From Octopus sinensis (Eukaryota): DNA of 34,129 bases. Below, in pieces: positions 1 to 12,583 of the stretch (its first letter is position 1; each line of letters starts with the position of its first letter). The stretch lies in NCBI RefSeq assembly GCF_006345805.1, contig NW_021829933.1:1-34129 (forward strand), read 5' to 3'. The translations under genes were made by a program, and so were the position numbers. A model generated the notes under the pieces. That model was given only the letters and a program-made list of their open reading frames with translations. It did not search any database and had not been told where the DNA came from.

Positions 1-141
1 TGTTTAGGGTGTAGTAGTGAGGCCGTTAGGATGCTGGTGTACATTGGTGGGGTGATGATGTGTATGTTATGTGGTAGTGGTGGTGAAAGCGCTGGCTGTG
101 TTAGTGTCATTGATATATATGTATGTATTTATATCTATCTT

Positions 142-143
<2 letters not shown>

Positions 144-233
<90 letters not shown>

Positions 234-324
234 TAGTAGATAGATAGATAGATGGATGGATGGATGGATGGATGGTTGGATGGATGGTTGGATGGATAGA
301 TACACAGACAGACAAAAGACAGTC

Positions 325-359
<35 letters not shown>

Positions 360-531
360 CAGATAGATAGAGAGAGAGATAGATAGAGAGAGAGACAGAC
401 AGACAGACAGATAGACAGACAAACAGACAGGCAGACAGGCAGACAGAGATGGACAGACAGATAGAGATGGACATATAGACAGAGACAGAGATGGACAGAG
501 AGACAAACAGAGAGAGAGAGGAGAGAGAGAG

Positions 532-569
<38 letters not shown>

Positions 570-570
570 G
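144..570. repeat. Compound microsatellite (TA)n-(GATA)n-(GGAT)n-(GACA)n-(GA)n
   Basis: Directly visible; accounts for ORFs 31..243, 67..597 and 141..506. Confidence 0.98.
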
Positions 571-849
571 TGAGATCCTATTAATAGTATGTAGCATCTT
601 GTGTTTTGCAGATATGCACTCTCATTAACCAGGTGATCGTCTGTATAAAAAAAATAACAATAATAATTGCCATGAAATATTATTGAAAAGCTGGATTTGG
701 CCGACGATCAAATTTAATGCTACAAAGCATTGGAAGCTGTTGCTAACGATGTTCTTGTTTACTCTTGACGCATGATACGCCATACACAATTGAAAATTGA
801 ATAAAAATGAGATTCTAAAGTTTAAAACAAAAGCTTCAAGAATTTGTGT

Positions 850-1110
850 CATTTTAGTTGTAGACATCGCTTGTGAAAGGTTATTTGGTGGACGATTATT
901 CGCCTTGTTCCGTAATGTAATGAATTAATTTTAATCCATAACCTCAAAAGCCTTCTTAGATGTCTAAAGTTCCTTTTTATATTTCATTCCTACTTGATTC
1001 CAGTCTATATTTAGTATCCTTTGCATGTATTTGGATGTTAAGCATGGTCTACAGCACTATTTCTAGATGTCGCGCTCTTTGCGCTTTACATAGGGATATA
1101 TCTCGAAATG
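850..1110 (-). mobile_element. Decayed Penelope-like GIY-YIG endonuclease C-terminal fragment
   Basis: Minus-strand translation across frameshifts gives NSAV...NIDWNQVGMKYKKE...RRLL, resembling the SA(V/L)..H..H.IDW..I...E...R..LE tail of PLE endonucleases. Confidence 0.45.
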
Positions 1111-1233
1111 TATGCTGTTAGTAGTATATGCTTATGTTTGTGTAAATATGTGTAGGTTCATGAGCGTATGTGTGTGTATGTTAGAGTACGTTTAATGAGA
1201 TTGTATTGTGTGAATGTGTGTGTAGTATAATAT

Positions 1234-1243
1234 ATCTATCTAC

Positions 1244-1287
<44 letters not shown>

Positions 1288-1319
1288 ATATCTATCTATC
1301 TATCTATCTATTCTGTATT

Positions 1320-1351
<32 letters not shown>

Positions 1352-1392
1352 ACACATATATCATATATATATATTATATAGTATATAATATA

Positions 1393-1435
<43 letters not shown>
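1234..1435. repeat. (TCTA)n and (TA)n microsatellite
   Basis: Directly visible. Confidence 0.95.
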
Positions 1436-1440
<5 letters not shown>

Positions 1441-1635
1441 TATATAAAATAAGGAGAGGAGAAAGCAAATTCAAAGGCCGATGTATATATTCATTCAGTC
1501 ATAATAACGAAGTTCTCCATGGTATACAACGTGTTTACATAGAAACATTCATCTATATGATAATAAATTTCTAAGTGGATATCTATATCAGTTATTTCTT
1601 CATTGTTCTATATATATTATATATATATATATATA

Positions 1636-2049
1636 CGCAGGAGTGGCTGTGTGGTAAGTAGCTTGCTAACCAACACATGGTTCCAGGTTCAGTCCCACTG
1701 CGTGACATCTTGGGAAGTGTCTTCTGCTATAGCCCCGGGCCGACCCATGCCTTGTGAGTGGATTTGGTAGACGGAAACTGAAAGAAAGAAGCCTGTCGTA
1801 TATATGTATATATTATATATAAGTGTGTGTGTATATGTTTGTGTGTCTGTGTTTGTCCCCTAGCATTGCTTGACACCGATGCTGGTGTGTTTACGTCCCT
1901 GTCACTTAGCGGTTCGGCAAAAGAGACCGATAGAATAAGTACTGGGCTTACAAAGAATAAGTCCCGGGGTCGATTTGCTCGACAAAAGGCGGTGCTCCAG
2001 CATGGCCGCAGTCAAATGACTGAAACAAGTAAAAGAGAAAAAGAGAAAA
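1636..2049 (+). mobile_element. tRNA-derived SINE, family A, full length
   Basis: A box TGGCTGTGTGG, B box GGTTCAGTCCC, CORE-like CTTGGGAAGTGTCTT, internal TA/TG tract, tail CCAGCATGGCCGCAGTCAAATGACTGAAACAAGTAAAAG. Homologous copies at 13920-15256, 19041-19375 and 19821-20252. Confidence 0.9.
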
Positions 2050-2050
2050 G

Positions 2051-2109
<59 letters not shown>

Positions 2110-2139
2110 ATTATATATATTATATATATATATATAACT

Positions 2140-2640
2140 ACCTGACTCTCTCCCCTTCTCTTTCTCTTTTCTTTCTCTCTCTCGTTGCTCACACGTGACA
2201 ATCGTCCATCGTTCTCTTTTTCACGTGACCATCTTTCTTTTCCTCCATGACGTCCTAAGGACTGGACGTCTTCTATATTTTCTCTTTTCAAAGAAAATAA
2301 TTCTCCCAGCGTTCGCTATTTTCCCCTCGTTCTGGTCTAACGACCCTCCATGTATGTTTTCATTTGGTTTCCTTGTATGTCTCCGCTGTCCTGTTTTTGT
2401 TGCCATCTTTGCCTCTCCATAAATACAAAATTTTATTTTCCTATTCATGGGAGCAATTGTTTTCGAAGAGTCATATTGTCGCTGAATGCTCGAAATGAAG
2501 AGTAGATAGACAGCCAACAACTGCTGAAGGGTTATTCTTTATGTTACTCCATTTTCTCTCGTTGCTTGCGTATTTAACTCATTTGTTTCGCATTCATGTT
2601 GTTGTTTACTGCTGGTGACGCCATGTATCCATGTATGCAT
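2140..2640 (+). mobile_element. Non-coding interspersed element, family P (PLE pseudo-LTR / retrozyme-like), copy 1
   Basis: Shares a CT-rich head, GCTCACACGTGA, GGACGTC, GGTCTAACG, GCTCGAAA and CTG(A)NGAAG blocks with 29808-30545, and several of them with 14126-15107 and 25325-25500. Lies between (TA)n tracts. Confidence 0.6.
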
Positions 2641-2642
2641 AT

Positions 2643-2715
<73 letters not shown>

Positions 2716-2735
2716 TACACACACACACATATATA

Positions 2736-2770
<35 letters not shown>

Positions 2771-2788
2771 GATATATATATTATATAT

Positions 2789-2821
<33 letters not shown>

Positions 2822-3049
2822 TAATAATATATTATTATTAATGTTAGGAAATCAATATCAAAACTCCTCAGAAAGATATACAGTGTGAAAAATAATTGTT
2901 GTATTAAAAATATATAAATAAATAATATATTATATATATATATATGTATAAAAATATATGTAAGTATGTAAAAGTATAAATATATAATGTATATGACAGT
3001 TTAAAAGTTTTGAATTAATTATTTAAAGCACCACTGCTTTATATATATA

Positions 3050-3440
3050 CTAGCAGTATCGCCCGGCGTTGCTCGGGTTGTAAGGGAAATAACTATATAA
3101 GCATTTTCAGAGAGTCATAGCCAAAAAATAGCAAAAAATGCATTAAAAATTGAAAAAAAATTAAGGTAAATTTTTTTTAATCGTTGACACATCGTAGATA
3201 TTTTTAGAGAGTTACTTCCCTTATATAAAAGCGAAAAAAATGCATTAAAATGGAAAAATATGATGGTAAATTTTTTTTAATCGTAGACTCATCGTAGACG
3301 CACGCTAATACCCAGAAGGGCTCGATATGAATCACGACTATAAGATACCCGCTTTTGGTTAAACTGCACCGCAAAATGTGGAGTAGTTAGGAATCTAAAT
3401 CGTAGGAGACGACACCACAAACTTCACTCTTATATAAAGA
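3050..3440 (-). mobile_element. Non-autonomous Helitron
   Basis: Minus strand starts TC (3440-3439) after A and ends with hairpin CCCGAGCAACGCCGGG (3062-3077) then CTAG (3053-3050) before T. Internal ~100-bp tandem subunits at about 3105-3300. Confidence 0.8.
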
Positions 3441-3459
3441 TGCTTTTTTTTTTTTCAAT

Positions 3460-3771
3460 CATAGAGTTAGATTTATGAAGGTCTTCAGTAGAAAATCCTT
3501 CGAATTCTGACTCGCTGCTTGATATAATGAAATTCGTATCCATTTTTTGTCAGAATTACAAATTTTGAAAACACAATAGGAACAAATTTCGGAAAAAAAT
3601 CTCCCATAATTCACGGAATTAAAATTACACTTCGATTTTTGTACAAAACTGTAGTTGAAGTGTTTACGAAGTATAATACGTGTTTTCACGAATGTACTAA
3701 AAGATTTGCTCTGATATTCTCATTTAAATATGAATAGGTAAATTCGGGCGGCTTGGTAACGAAAGGGTTAA
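3460..3771 (-). mobile_element. piggyBac-like terminus with start of a truncated acidic ORF
   Basis: Minus strand reads TTAA|CCCTTTCGTTACC (TTAA at 3768-3771), the piggyBac end signature. Downstream it reads MDTNFIISSSESEFEGFSTEDL, like acidic piggyBac N-termini. The other end was not found. Confidence 0.55.
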
Positions 3772-4646
3772 ACGGATGCATACATTTATTAATCTCTTAT
3801 TATAATAACTATATATAAGTGTCGTCTGTTTATACATAAACACTGTTTCATACTGCAATTATATATACATATATCTATATATAATATTATATAATAAAAT
3901 ATATACAGAGTAAAATAAAAACAATTTACCTTTTCTGTCCGTCCGTGTGTGTCTTTGCAAATGTGTTGGAATGATAAGTGAGTTGTGATTTGGCGCCTTT
4001 TTTACTAATAACAAACACACACGTGTGTTGTATGTAGTGTATGTGTATGTAGTTGTATGTGTATGTAGTTTGTAGTTGTATGTAGTTGTATATGTATGTG
4101 TATGCGGTGTGTGAGGAATGACACACACACACTCACGCACGCACACATGTACATCAATGCTTTCGGAGTGATATGTTAAAATATTGAGGTTTTCTCGAAT
4201 TTTGTCTTAATTGGTGGTAAAATTGAAAGAAATTTTTTATGGCATCACCCACTGAAGTACTCTGAAAAATCTTAGGTAAACTCTAATTGAAGAAATTTTC
4301 TGTTTGCTGTGTTTTTTTATTTTTGAGTAGTGGTTTAAATACTTTCAGTTTAGTCTTCCTCAAATCACTCTGTCGCTATTTACTTTCATTTTATTCGTTG
4401 CACACTGTGTGTGTGCGTTTGCGTGTGGTGTAAACCAGACTAAGAAAAGCATTTGACACACACACCAGAATGTGAGTTTTCTGTAAATTTTGCTTATTGG
4501 AGTTTAAATTAAAAAACTGGACCTGGCATGACGCGATGCATTGTACTCTTAAAAATGGTAGGTAAATTGTAATTGAAGAAATCCTATATTGTAGATTTGT
4601 ATAACTCCCAAAGGGAGGCAGATAAAATCTGCCTTTTATAATAATA

Positions 4647-4686
<40 letters not shown>

Positions 4687-5149
4687 TCATTATTTTGAAA
4701 CCGAAATTTCACAAATCTCAGCGACTAGTATCAAGTTCTCATTCTGTAGTTAAGTGAAGCTAGAAGTTCTAATTATGTAAAGTTCCAGCTAAGAAAGCAA
4801 ACTACCAACTCTACTTCTGGTACTTACTACTTTTTCCATCAGTTTGTAAACCTAAACCTTCAGCTAATTATACTTGTTATCCATGTTACTACGGCATACA
4901 CTGTTGTGTGTAAGTTAGATAGACTAGTGCAGTTTTGTCCGAGTGGGTATACTTTTTCTAATAACGTGTATTAATACACCTTCCTGTCATCCGACCATAA
5001 TGATCGAGAACCTGATTAAAGGAGTCAGAAGAAGAATCTCTAACTAGTCTTAAAGTAAAGACATTTCCGATGCCTTGGCCCCTTAGTACAACAAAGCTCT
5101 GACCTTCAGTGAATATAATGAAAAGATTAGTTACACGTCCGATCCTAAC

Positions 5150-5790
5150 ACCACTAAGAGAAAATATCACTGGAAAGTCTTGTAGTTCCCACATCCACGT
5201 CTCCCTAAAAGTAAAAAAAAAACTTGTGCATGTAACATCTTTCTTAGTTTAGCAAATAAACTTTTTCCCTAAACGCAGAGGTTCAGACGTATTCAACAGA
5301 CACACCTTAAGAGTTTCTTTTAGCTGTGCATCAAGTATAAAGGAAATCTTAGTCGGCTGATACCTGTGATAGACGCAGAATGCTCATGCAGAGGCAACAC
5401 CGTATGTCCACTAAAAAGCCAATTCAACACAGAATCGTCGTATATGAGGCTTTTCAAAATGTGTTTGCAGAGGACCTCAGCGAGCTGATGGACGTGAGTA
5501 AAGACGTGGATACGTTCAGGATATCCCTTCAGTATCAGATTTAAAAACCTCAAGTCCTTCTTTAATATCCAGAAGTGAAATGTCACAGCCTTTTTTCACA
5601 TGGATTACAGCACCAAGTGGAGTGTATTGTAATGGTACAAGCCATACTTCAACGGTATCAGAAGGTACATAGTATGCCTGACAAAGAAAAAAGCTATATT
5701 AAAGAATTTTCTTCACCCGGACGCCTACCAAAACTGCAAAAGCGAAATTTTTCTATCATGCTCATATGAAAGGAAATATATACTAGGGTA
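5150..5790 (+). mobile_element. Decayed Penelope-like element: RT thumb/linker plus GIY-YIG region
   Basis: Across frameshifts: FLSLANKLFP..VFNRHTLRVSFSCASSIKEIL..ECSCRGNTVCPL..IVYEA..RFKNLKSFFN..TKWSVL*WYKPYFNGIRRYIVCLTKK..CSYERKYIL. This follows the PLE pattern IFNRNTVKVSYSC..CNCR..CPL..YKA..RY.NHK.SF..KW.IL..PY..C.LCL.EK. Confidence 0.8.
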
Positions 5791-6381
5791 TTTGTGGACT
5801 GCAGCATGGCTATATATAGTTCTCCCCGCTACCATAGCCTGAAGTTCAATGTAATGTTTATCTCGCCCAACATATTTCATACAAACTCACACTAACATAT
5901 ACACCTACGTGTCCAAACATGATTTTGATTTTAAGTTTAAACATTCATGCCATACCCATTTGTCTTCCCCCTCCCTGTATATACACCAAGCCCATACGGC
6001 CAGCAACGAAACTGCAACCCACTTTGCTTGCAATAACCCCTCAAATTATGAAAACTCTCCGACCCTTGTGTAAGGAGAGTAACTCTTGATAAATTTCCTC
6101 TGAATCTCTTCTACAAGTATTTCGTTTCAATTTCTTTCAACACCCAGAAACCGGATGTAGAACTTTATGACCTCCAATAACAAAGAGCTGTCGCCATAAT
6201 TTTTAAACCAGCTCTTCTGGCTGGATTCTCTCCTAACTTGTGTGCATAATTAATTGTTAAAATCGGTTATAACTGGTTTATTATACTGAATATTATGAAT
6301 ATAAATATACCCTCATCTACGAACAAATATGAGTACCTATTTTTCCTGACTTATAGATCCTTAGACGACTATATAAATATA

Positions 6382-7612
6382 TTTCGGGCTGTCATTTAAA
6401 TACGTTCGTTCGGTATTTTCCATTTATTTTAGTTCTTACCTTTCGTCAACAATATATTCTCCTTCATTGTTCACGATTTCTTGTTAGCGTTCCACAAGAT
6501 AGTCAATGTCTTGAGGGTAGAAATCACCAGGCAGCGGGCCTTGTTTTCAGTTCCACGTCGTTTATAAACAAAATTCTCGCAGACTGCAGGAGAGCGAGTG
6601 AAAAAGGGTTCTGAAGGTTCCAGTCAGGAGAATAAGGTGAGTGCAGTCTACACCGAGTTCTTTAATAGCATTTTGGGTCAAATTAACGACATAAGAGCAA
6701 ACGCTATCGTGTTGCAGAAGCACGCCATGTCGCCGGTTGGGTCGTTTCAGTTGGATTACCGCTCTGAGCCGGAGCATTTGGTGAACATAGAGCTCTGAAC
6801 TTCGTATTGGATTGTTCCTTCCCAATACCATCAAACGTAGGTCATTGTCTTGTATGGATGCAGCTCTGGCTTGGCTCGAGGTGTTGTTTATTTGTCTGGA
6901 CTCAACCATTCTTTCTTCTGCTTCATATTAACGTAAAAACACCATTTTCGCCGGTAACGATGCCATGAAGAAATCTCTGTTTGTGTCCACGAGTAAGCCT
7001 GGTGTCGAGCGAGCAAACTGCCGGCGATAAGGGCGTGCTGGAGTTTGTGCCTTCTGTTCAGAGCATGTGGCAGCCATGCACCGAGTTTTTAGACCTTACT
7101 CGTTGAGTGAAGGGAATGGGTGACGGTATCATAACACTATCTCATCTGCCTCGACAATACTCAAGTGGATTGGTGCAGGTCTTTGTGGATGAGCTCGTTT
7201 AATCCATCTCTATTGAACTAAACAGGTAGATCAGAACGTGAAGAATCTGTGATGTCGATTTTCCCCTCTTTGAAGTGTGAAAACCCTTTCTGTGCAATTC
7301 TTTCAGTAACAGCCTCTTCTCCGCTCAAAACACATACCTCGAACGGCTTTGATAGCTTTGGAACCTTGGCTGAATGTGAAGAGAGGCAGGTGGTGAAAAT
7401 GCTCGTTTCTTTTTTCTGTTTGGTACACCTTCGTCCTATGTCTGAAAATAGGTAGATTTATTTAAATTTCAAAAGTGATCAGAAGAGTTGTAGGGAAAGA
7501 AAAGAGTTACAAAAAAATTTAAAAAAAACATAAAACACTACGGTAAAAATATTTTTCGATTTAATTCAACTAACAGTGGGAGAAAACGAACGAATTTATC
7601 TCACAAACCCAA
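6382..7612 (-). mobile_element. Decayed full-length mariner (Tc1/mariner, mellifera-like N-terminus), ~1.23 kb
   Basis: Minus-strand remnants NEHFHHLPLFTFSQGSKA.., KLGAWLPHAL (WVPHEL motif), RPNRRHGVLLQHD, LFHSLS, VNNEGEYIVD. Degenerate TIRs share TAAAT(A/T)CGTTCGTT, with TA at 6380-6381 and 7613-7614. Confidence 0.88.
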
Positions 7613-8359
7613 TATGTGCATCTGCGCGAATGCGTGGGAGTACGTACATAGGTACGTACGTACGTAATACGTATGTGTGCGTATGTGCGTGTGTGCGTGT
7701 GTATATGTGTGTGGTGTGTGTGTGTGTACGTACACATGCGAATATAATTCGCCATCCTCTACACCATACTGCTTTACGTTTTAGCCCAATCACCGTTGTT
7801 TTTGCTTCCAGAGAAACATAAGGGTCCTAGAAAACGCCTACCACCACCAGAGGATGACCTCCCCGCCGATCAGCAACACACCTTCCCCAACACCATCTTA
7901 CAGCCATCTTACAGAGAACACAATAACACGTCCATAACCAAAAAGTTACGAAACTATTTGCTTGTAGTTTGACACTTGCTTTTTAGATAAACCCTCTTTA
8001 TCTCTTCGCTATATCTCTCTGGCTTCGACACAAACAACAACAAGCAGTACATAGCTGTGTAATTAATTGGAATGGCGTTGCGACGATCGTTTAGGATAAC
8101 TTTCAATTGATAACCCCTTTCGATAGAGATAGAGGTATATATTTAACGATAGAAGAAACCAAATAATGCGTACACTACACCCACATATTTACACACACAA
8201 ACACACACACATATATATATGTATATACATACATGTGTATGTGTGTGTGTAACAATAAATTATACACACACTAACCAAATACAGCACAATTTCTTCAAGT
8301 CGAACATGGCATTCATCACAGAACAGAACTTAAAAATAAGGGAAATATCGAGTTATGGC

Positions 8360-8750
<391 letters not shown>

Positions 8751-9441
8751 TATGTATAACGTATGTATTTGTATTCGTCCAGACATCTTATATACCCATA
8801 TATATAAATGTGTGTGTATATAATCCGTGTGCATTTCACCCGGGTTGCATAATGGCTACCCCTGTTTGTGTATATATATGTATGATAAAGTATGCACGTC
8901 TAAATGTCAGTGAGGGATGCATTTCTTATCTGCTTGTTGTCACAGAATTTGCTATGTCCTGAGAGAATATATTCTACAGTTCCAGCATATGCCTAGGGGT
9001 GTAGGGCAAGGAAAATTAATATCGGTGAGATCCCACGCTGTAGGTGTCAGATTCATAAACATAGTATTCTCTCCTTCACATCGCTTTCAATATTAGAGCC
9101 ATCAAACAGAGCAGGCTATAAGTATATGATCACTGGACAAGCTACAAATAGCGGACGAACCGCCTCCAAATCACACACCACCCATTCAAACAACGTAGGT
9201 GTTGATATAGAAATTAACGGGACTCTCACGGTTGAGGGGTGCTACACAACAACCACTGATGTTTCGAATGGAATGTGAAACGAAGAATTACAAATACTTA
9301 CGCAAGCACACAGACACACATTTAAAAACACATATTTTACCTATGTATAATATATACGTGTGTGTGTATATATATATGTATATACATGTGTGTATGAATG
9401 TCTCCATACATGTAAGGAAGGCCGCGAGCTGGCAGAAACGT

Positions 9442-10160
9442 TAGACAAACCCTTACAAAGTACTTGCACATCCATTAACTCACGTGTTCTCACATACATA
9501 CGCTTACTAACACACAGGTATAGCCGCGTGGTTAACAATTTCGATTTACAATCACGTGGTTCTAGTTTCGATCCTACTGGAGGAGCTCGAATCGACTAAA
9601 TCTTTGTGGGGAATGAATTGGGTCGACAAAAACAGAACAGATGCCAAACGGAGGGATTGAACCTGTTATTGGTAGATTTAGTCCGCCACCCCCCTTTAAA
9701 CCCCAGCTTTCGGAACCATCTTTGCACTTAGCAGCGTCCATCTTCTTCGTAGCAGTCAAATGAAGCATCTGGCCTGAGCATAGCAAAAAGGTGACGAATT
9801 CTTTGTTCCTTCCCTCCATCAGTCTCGGATCTCCTGAGAAAAGACCCTACACCCTTTCCTTTGAGACTCAAGGTATTTATTCAAGTCCCATCCCGTTCTG
9901 ATATAGTATATATCAAAGATGATGATACTTGAGATGCGGGCATGGCCGGAGAGGTTGCGCAATGGAACAATCGAGTAAGCTGTTTGATTCATACTTCTTA
10001 TATTGGACACCAACGGATGTAAGAATCGTTAGCACGCCGGGCGAAATGCTAGTGGCATTTCGTCTACACGTTCTGAGTTCAAATTCCGCCGCGGTCGACT
10101 TTCATCCTTTCGGTGTTGATTAAATAAGTACCAGTTGCGTACAGGTTTCGATCTAATCGA
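9442..10160 (+). repeat. Local duplication copy 1 (paralog of 15470-16188)
   Basis: Collinear, roughly 90% identical by eye: SINE head fragment, ~440-bp GC-richer insert, SINE family B body. Confidence 0.95.
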
Positions 10161-10212
10161 CTGGCCCCCTCCCCTAAAATTTCGGGCCTTGTGCCTAGAT
10201 CAGAAAAGATTA
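10021..10212 (+). mobile_element. tRNA-derived SINE, family B (its head lies at 9419-9444)
   Basis: GAATCGTTAGCACGCCGGGCGAAATGC..GAGTTCAAATTCCGCC (B box)..TTCATCCTTTCGG..AAGTACCAG..CTTGTGCCTAG tail. Homologs at 16036-16245, 16565-16760 (-) and 23138-23200. Confidence 0.85.
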
Positions 10213-10767
10213 ATTTGTGTGGAGGGGTGTAAGTGTACTATAGCGAAATGATTAGGGACACCGCTTCTCAACCGCGAGGTCCCGTGTTCTTTCCTGCTGC
10301 GTAGCATATTTAAGCGAATGCTTTAACCTGGAGTCTTCCCATACCATGTAAGATTAAACGGAAACTATATTGAATCCCTCCAGGTGGATTGTCCCACACC
10401 CTGTGTCACTTTGATTCTACCCGAGAATTGTATGAAGGGTAAATCGTATGTGGTTCAGTTGAACGAAGGACTAGAGCCCTTTCTGCACCATTCTAAATGA
10501 ACCGCAAAACATGAATGGTTCTCAGCTCGAGCCCTCATGGTCTCTCCAAATGCCGAGCCTTACTATCGCCGAATATCTTTCCTGGAGAGATAGATAGTAT
10601 TACATCCTAGCTATGTTAGGACCAGAAGATATCTCAGTCTCCAACAGCTGTTGACACTCTACAAGCTTTCACGTAGAGCCCATGGTGTAATAATGCACCC
10701 ACATCTAAGACGGGATTGCATGCAACGTGCAAGGGTCACACGAGTGATTGGTATTCCATCACTAACA

Positions 10768-11175
10768 TATACACACCACACACACACACACACACAAATA
10801 TACATCACACACGACACACAAATACACACCATACCCACCACACACATGCACACACACATCACACACGCATCCACACACACACACGCCACACACACCACAC
10901 ACACGCACACACACAAATACACACCACACACAGCACACACATGCAGACACACGCACCCGCATACACACACTACACATACACACACACCACACATATGCAT
11001 CACACACATACACACACGACACACACGCACACACACACATGTACACACCACACACACCATATATACACTGACACACGCACCCACATGCACACACACCAGA
11101 CACACACGTACACACACACCACACACACAACACACGTGCACACACAGACACATATACATACACACCCCTCACACG
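10768..11175. repeat. Degenerate (CA)n microsatellite
   Basis: Directly visible; accounts for the HT/CV-rich ORFs. Confidence 0.95.
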
Positions 11176-11218
11176 TAAAATTTCTTTCGAAATTACATCT
11201 CCATCACTTTATACCTGT

Positions 11219-11890
11219 TATGAGTTGTCCCAGATATTAACTGTTCTAGATATCAAGTGTCCTATATATCAGTTGTCCCAGATATTAACTGTTCTAGATA
11301 TCAAGTGTCCTATATATCAGTTGCCCTATATATCAGTTGTCCTATATATCAGTTGTCCCAGATATCAAATCTCCTTTCTATCAGTTGTCCTGTATATCAG
11401 TTGTCCTAAATATCAGTTGTCCTATATATCAGTTGTCCTGTATATCAGCTGTCCTATATATCAGTTGTCCTATATATCAGCTGTCCCAGATACCAACTGT
11501 TCTAGATATCAAGTGTCTTACATATCAGTTGTCCTATATATCAGCTGTCTTATATATCAGTTGTCCTATATATCAGCCGTCTTATATGTCAGTTGTCCCA
11601 GATATCAAGTGTCCTATATATCAATTGTCCCAGATATCAAATGTCCTTTCTATCAGTTGTCCTGTATATCAGTTGTCCTATATATCAGTTGTTCCAGATA
11701 TCAAGTGTCCTATATATCAATTGTCCTATATACCAGTTGCCCCAGATATCAGTTGTCCTATATATCAGTTGCCCCAGATACCAAGTGTCCTATATATCAG
11801 TTGTCCTATATATCAATTATCCTAGATATCAACCGTCCAGGTATGAGTCGTCCGGGAATGAGCTGTTCTGGCATCAGTTCCCCTGGCACG
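11219..11890. repeat. 16-bp minisatellite, unit CCTATATATCAGTTGT with variants such as CCCAGATATCAAGTGT, ~37 units
   Basis: Tandem units directly visible; ends in ~15-bp variants of the ATGAGTTGTCCGG type. Confidence 0.95.
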
Positions 11891-11899
11891 ATATTATTT

Positions 11900-12482
11900 G
11901 TGATTCGTGTATTTTTAATCAGTGTAGTGTCTAATATTTGTGACTGAATTGTTTTGTAGTTTAATCTGTACGGATTGACAGAAGAACCATTGTTGATCAG
12001 AGTTTAATTTGTTGATGTCTTCACGAATTACCTCGTTTTTGAAGGATAACCTAAACATTCTTCTCAGCAGGTATTTCACCTCTGACATTATATACTTCAC
12101 TGCGGACACTAACCGTCTCGGCGTAAATATATGCAGTTATTTGTGTATGTTAAATGGACGGACGTGATATATCTCTCACTCTTTATCTGATTGTTCATTG
12201 TGTTACTTGCAGTACTATTTGCATTATTCTGAATGTTAAATGTTAATACAGAGATATTTTTCTAGATATTTCTTTCATCTGCCTGTGCGTCTATTCCGAT
12301 ATGTGCATCGTCCACACACCTGGCGTATATATCGCTGTTTATATGTGTCTTTAATATATAGGGTGTTGTTTCTGGCATAAATTTTAGTAACGAGACTTTA
12401 TACATCTAAGGTGGAGACTTTATTTGGATATTATTCCCTAATTTTATCCAATTGTCTAGAAATTTCAGAATATGGGTGCATT
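11900..12482 (-). mobile_element. Decayed Penelope-like reverse transcriptase fragment
   Basis: Minus strand: LDV*SLVTKI (LDVESLFTNI motif), IYARCVDDAHI (RYVDD motif), YITSVHLTYTN, *CPQ, KYLLRRMFRLS..EDINKL, TLINNG. This is the PLE RT/thumb motif order. Confidence 0.72.
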
Positions 12483-12532
12483 AAAAAAAAATGGTGTACA
12501 TGAGATTTTGTGTATTTTTAATATTATATATA

Positions 12533-12583
<51 letters not shown>

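Noticed and set aside
31-597. ORFs rich in YI, LS, CV, HT or MYVC repeats, here and throughout the window
   Set aside because: Translations of microsatellites, not genes.
612-632. Possible 21-nt micro-exon TTTTGCAG|ATATGC..CCAG|GTGATC
   Set aside because: Weak donor, no partner exons, adjacent to a transposon remnant.
1520-1610. Possible minus-strand hammerhead remnant (ATGAAGA..GTAAACACGTT)
   Set aside because: Both core boxes are mutated and stems are unclear.
11225-11947. 240-aa repetitive ORF and array superficially like a CRISPR or repeat protein
   Set aside because: The 16-bp unit is not a multiple of 3, there are no unique spacers, and the context is eukaryotic; it is a minisatellite.
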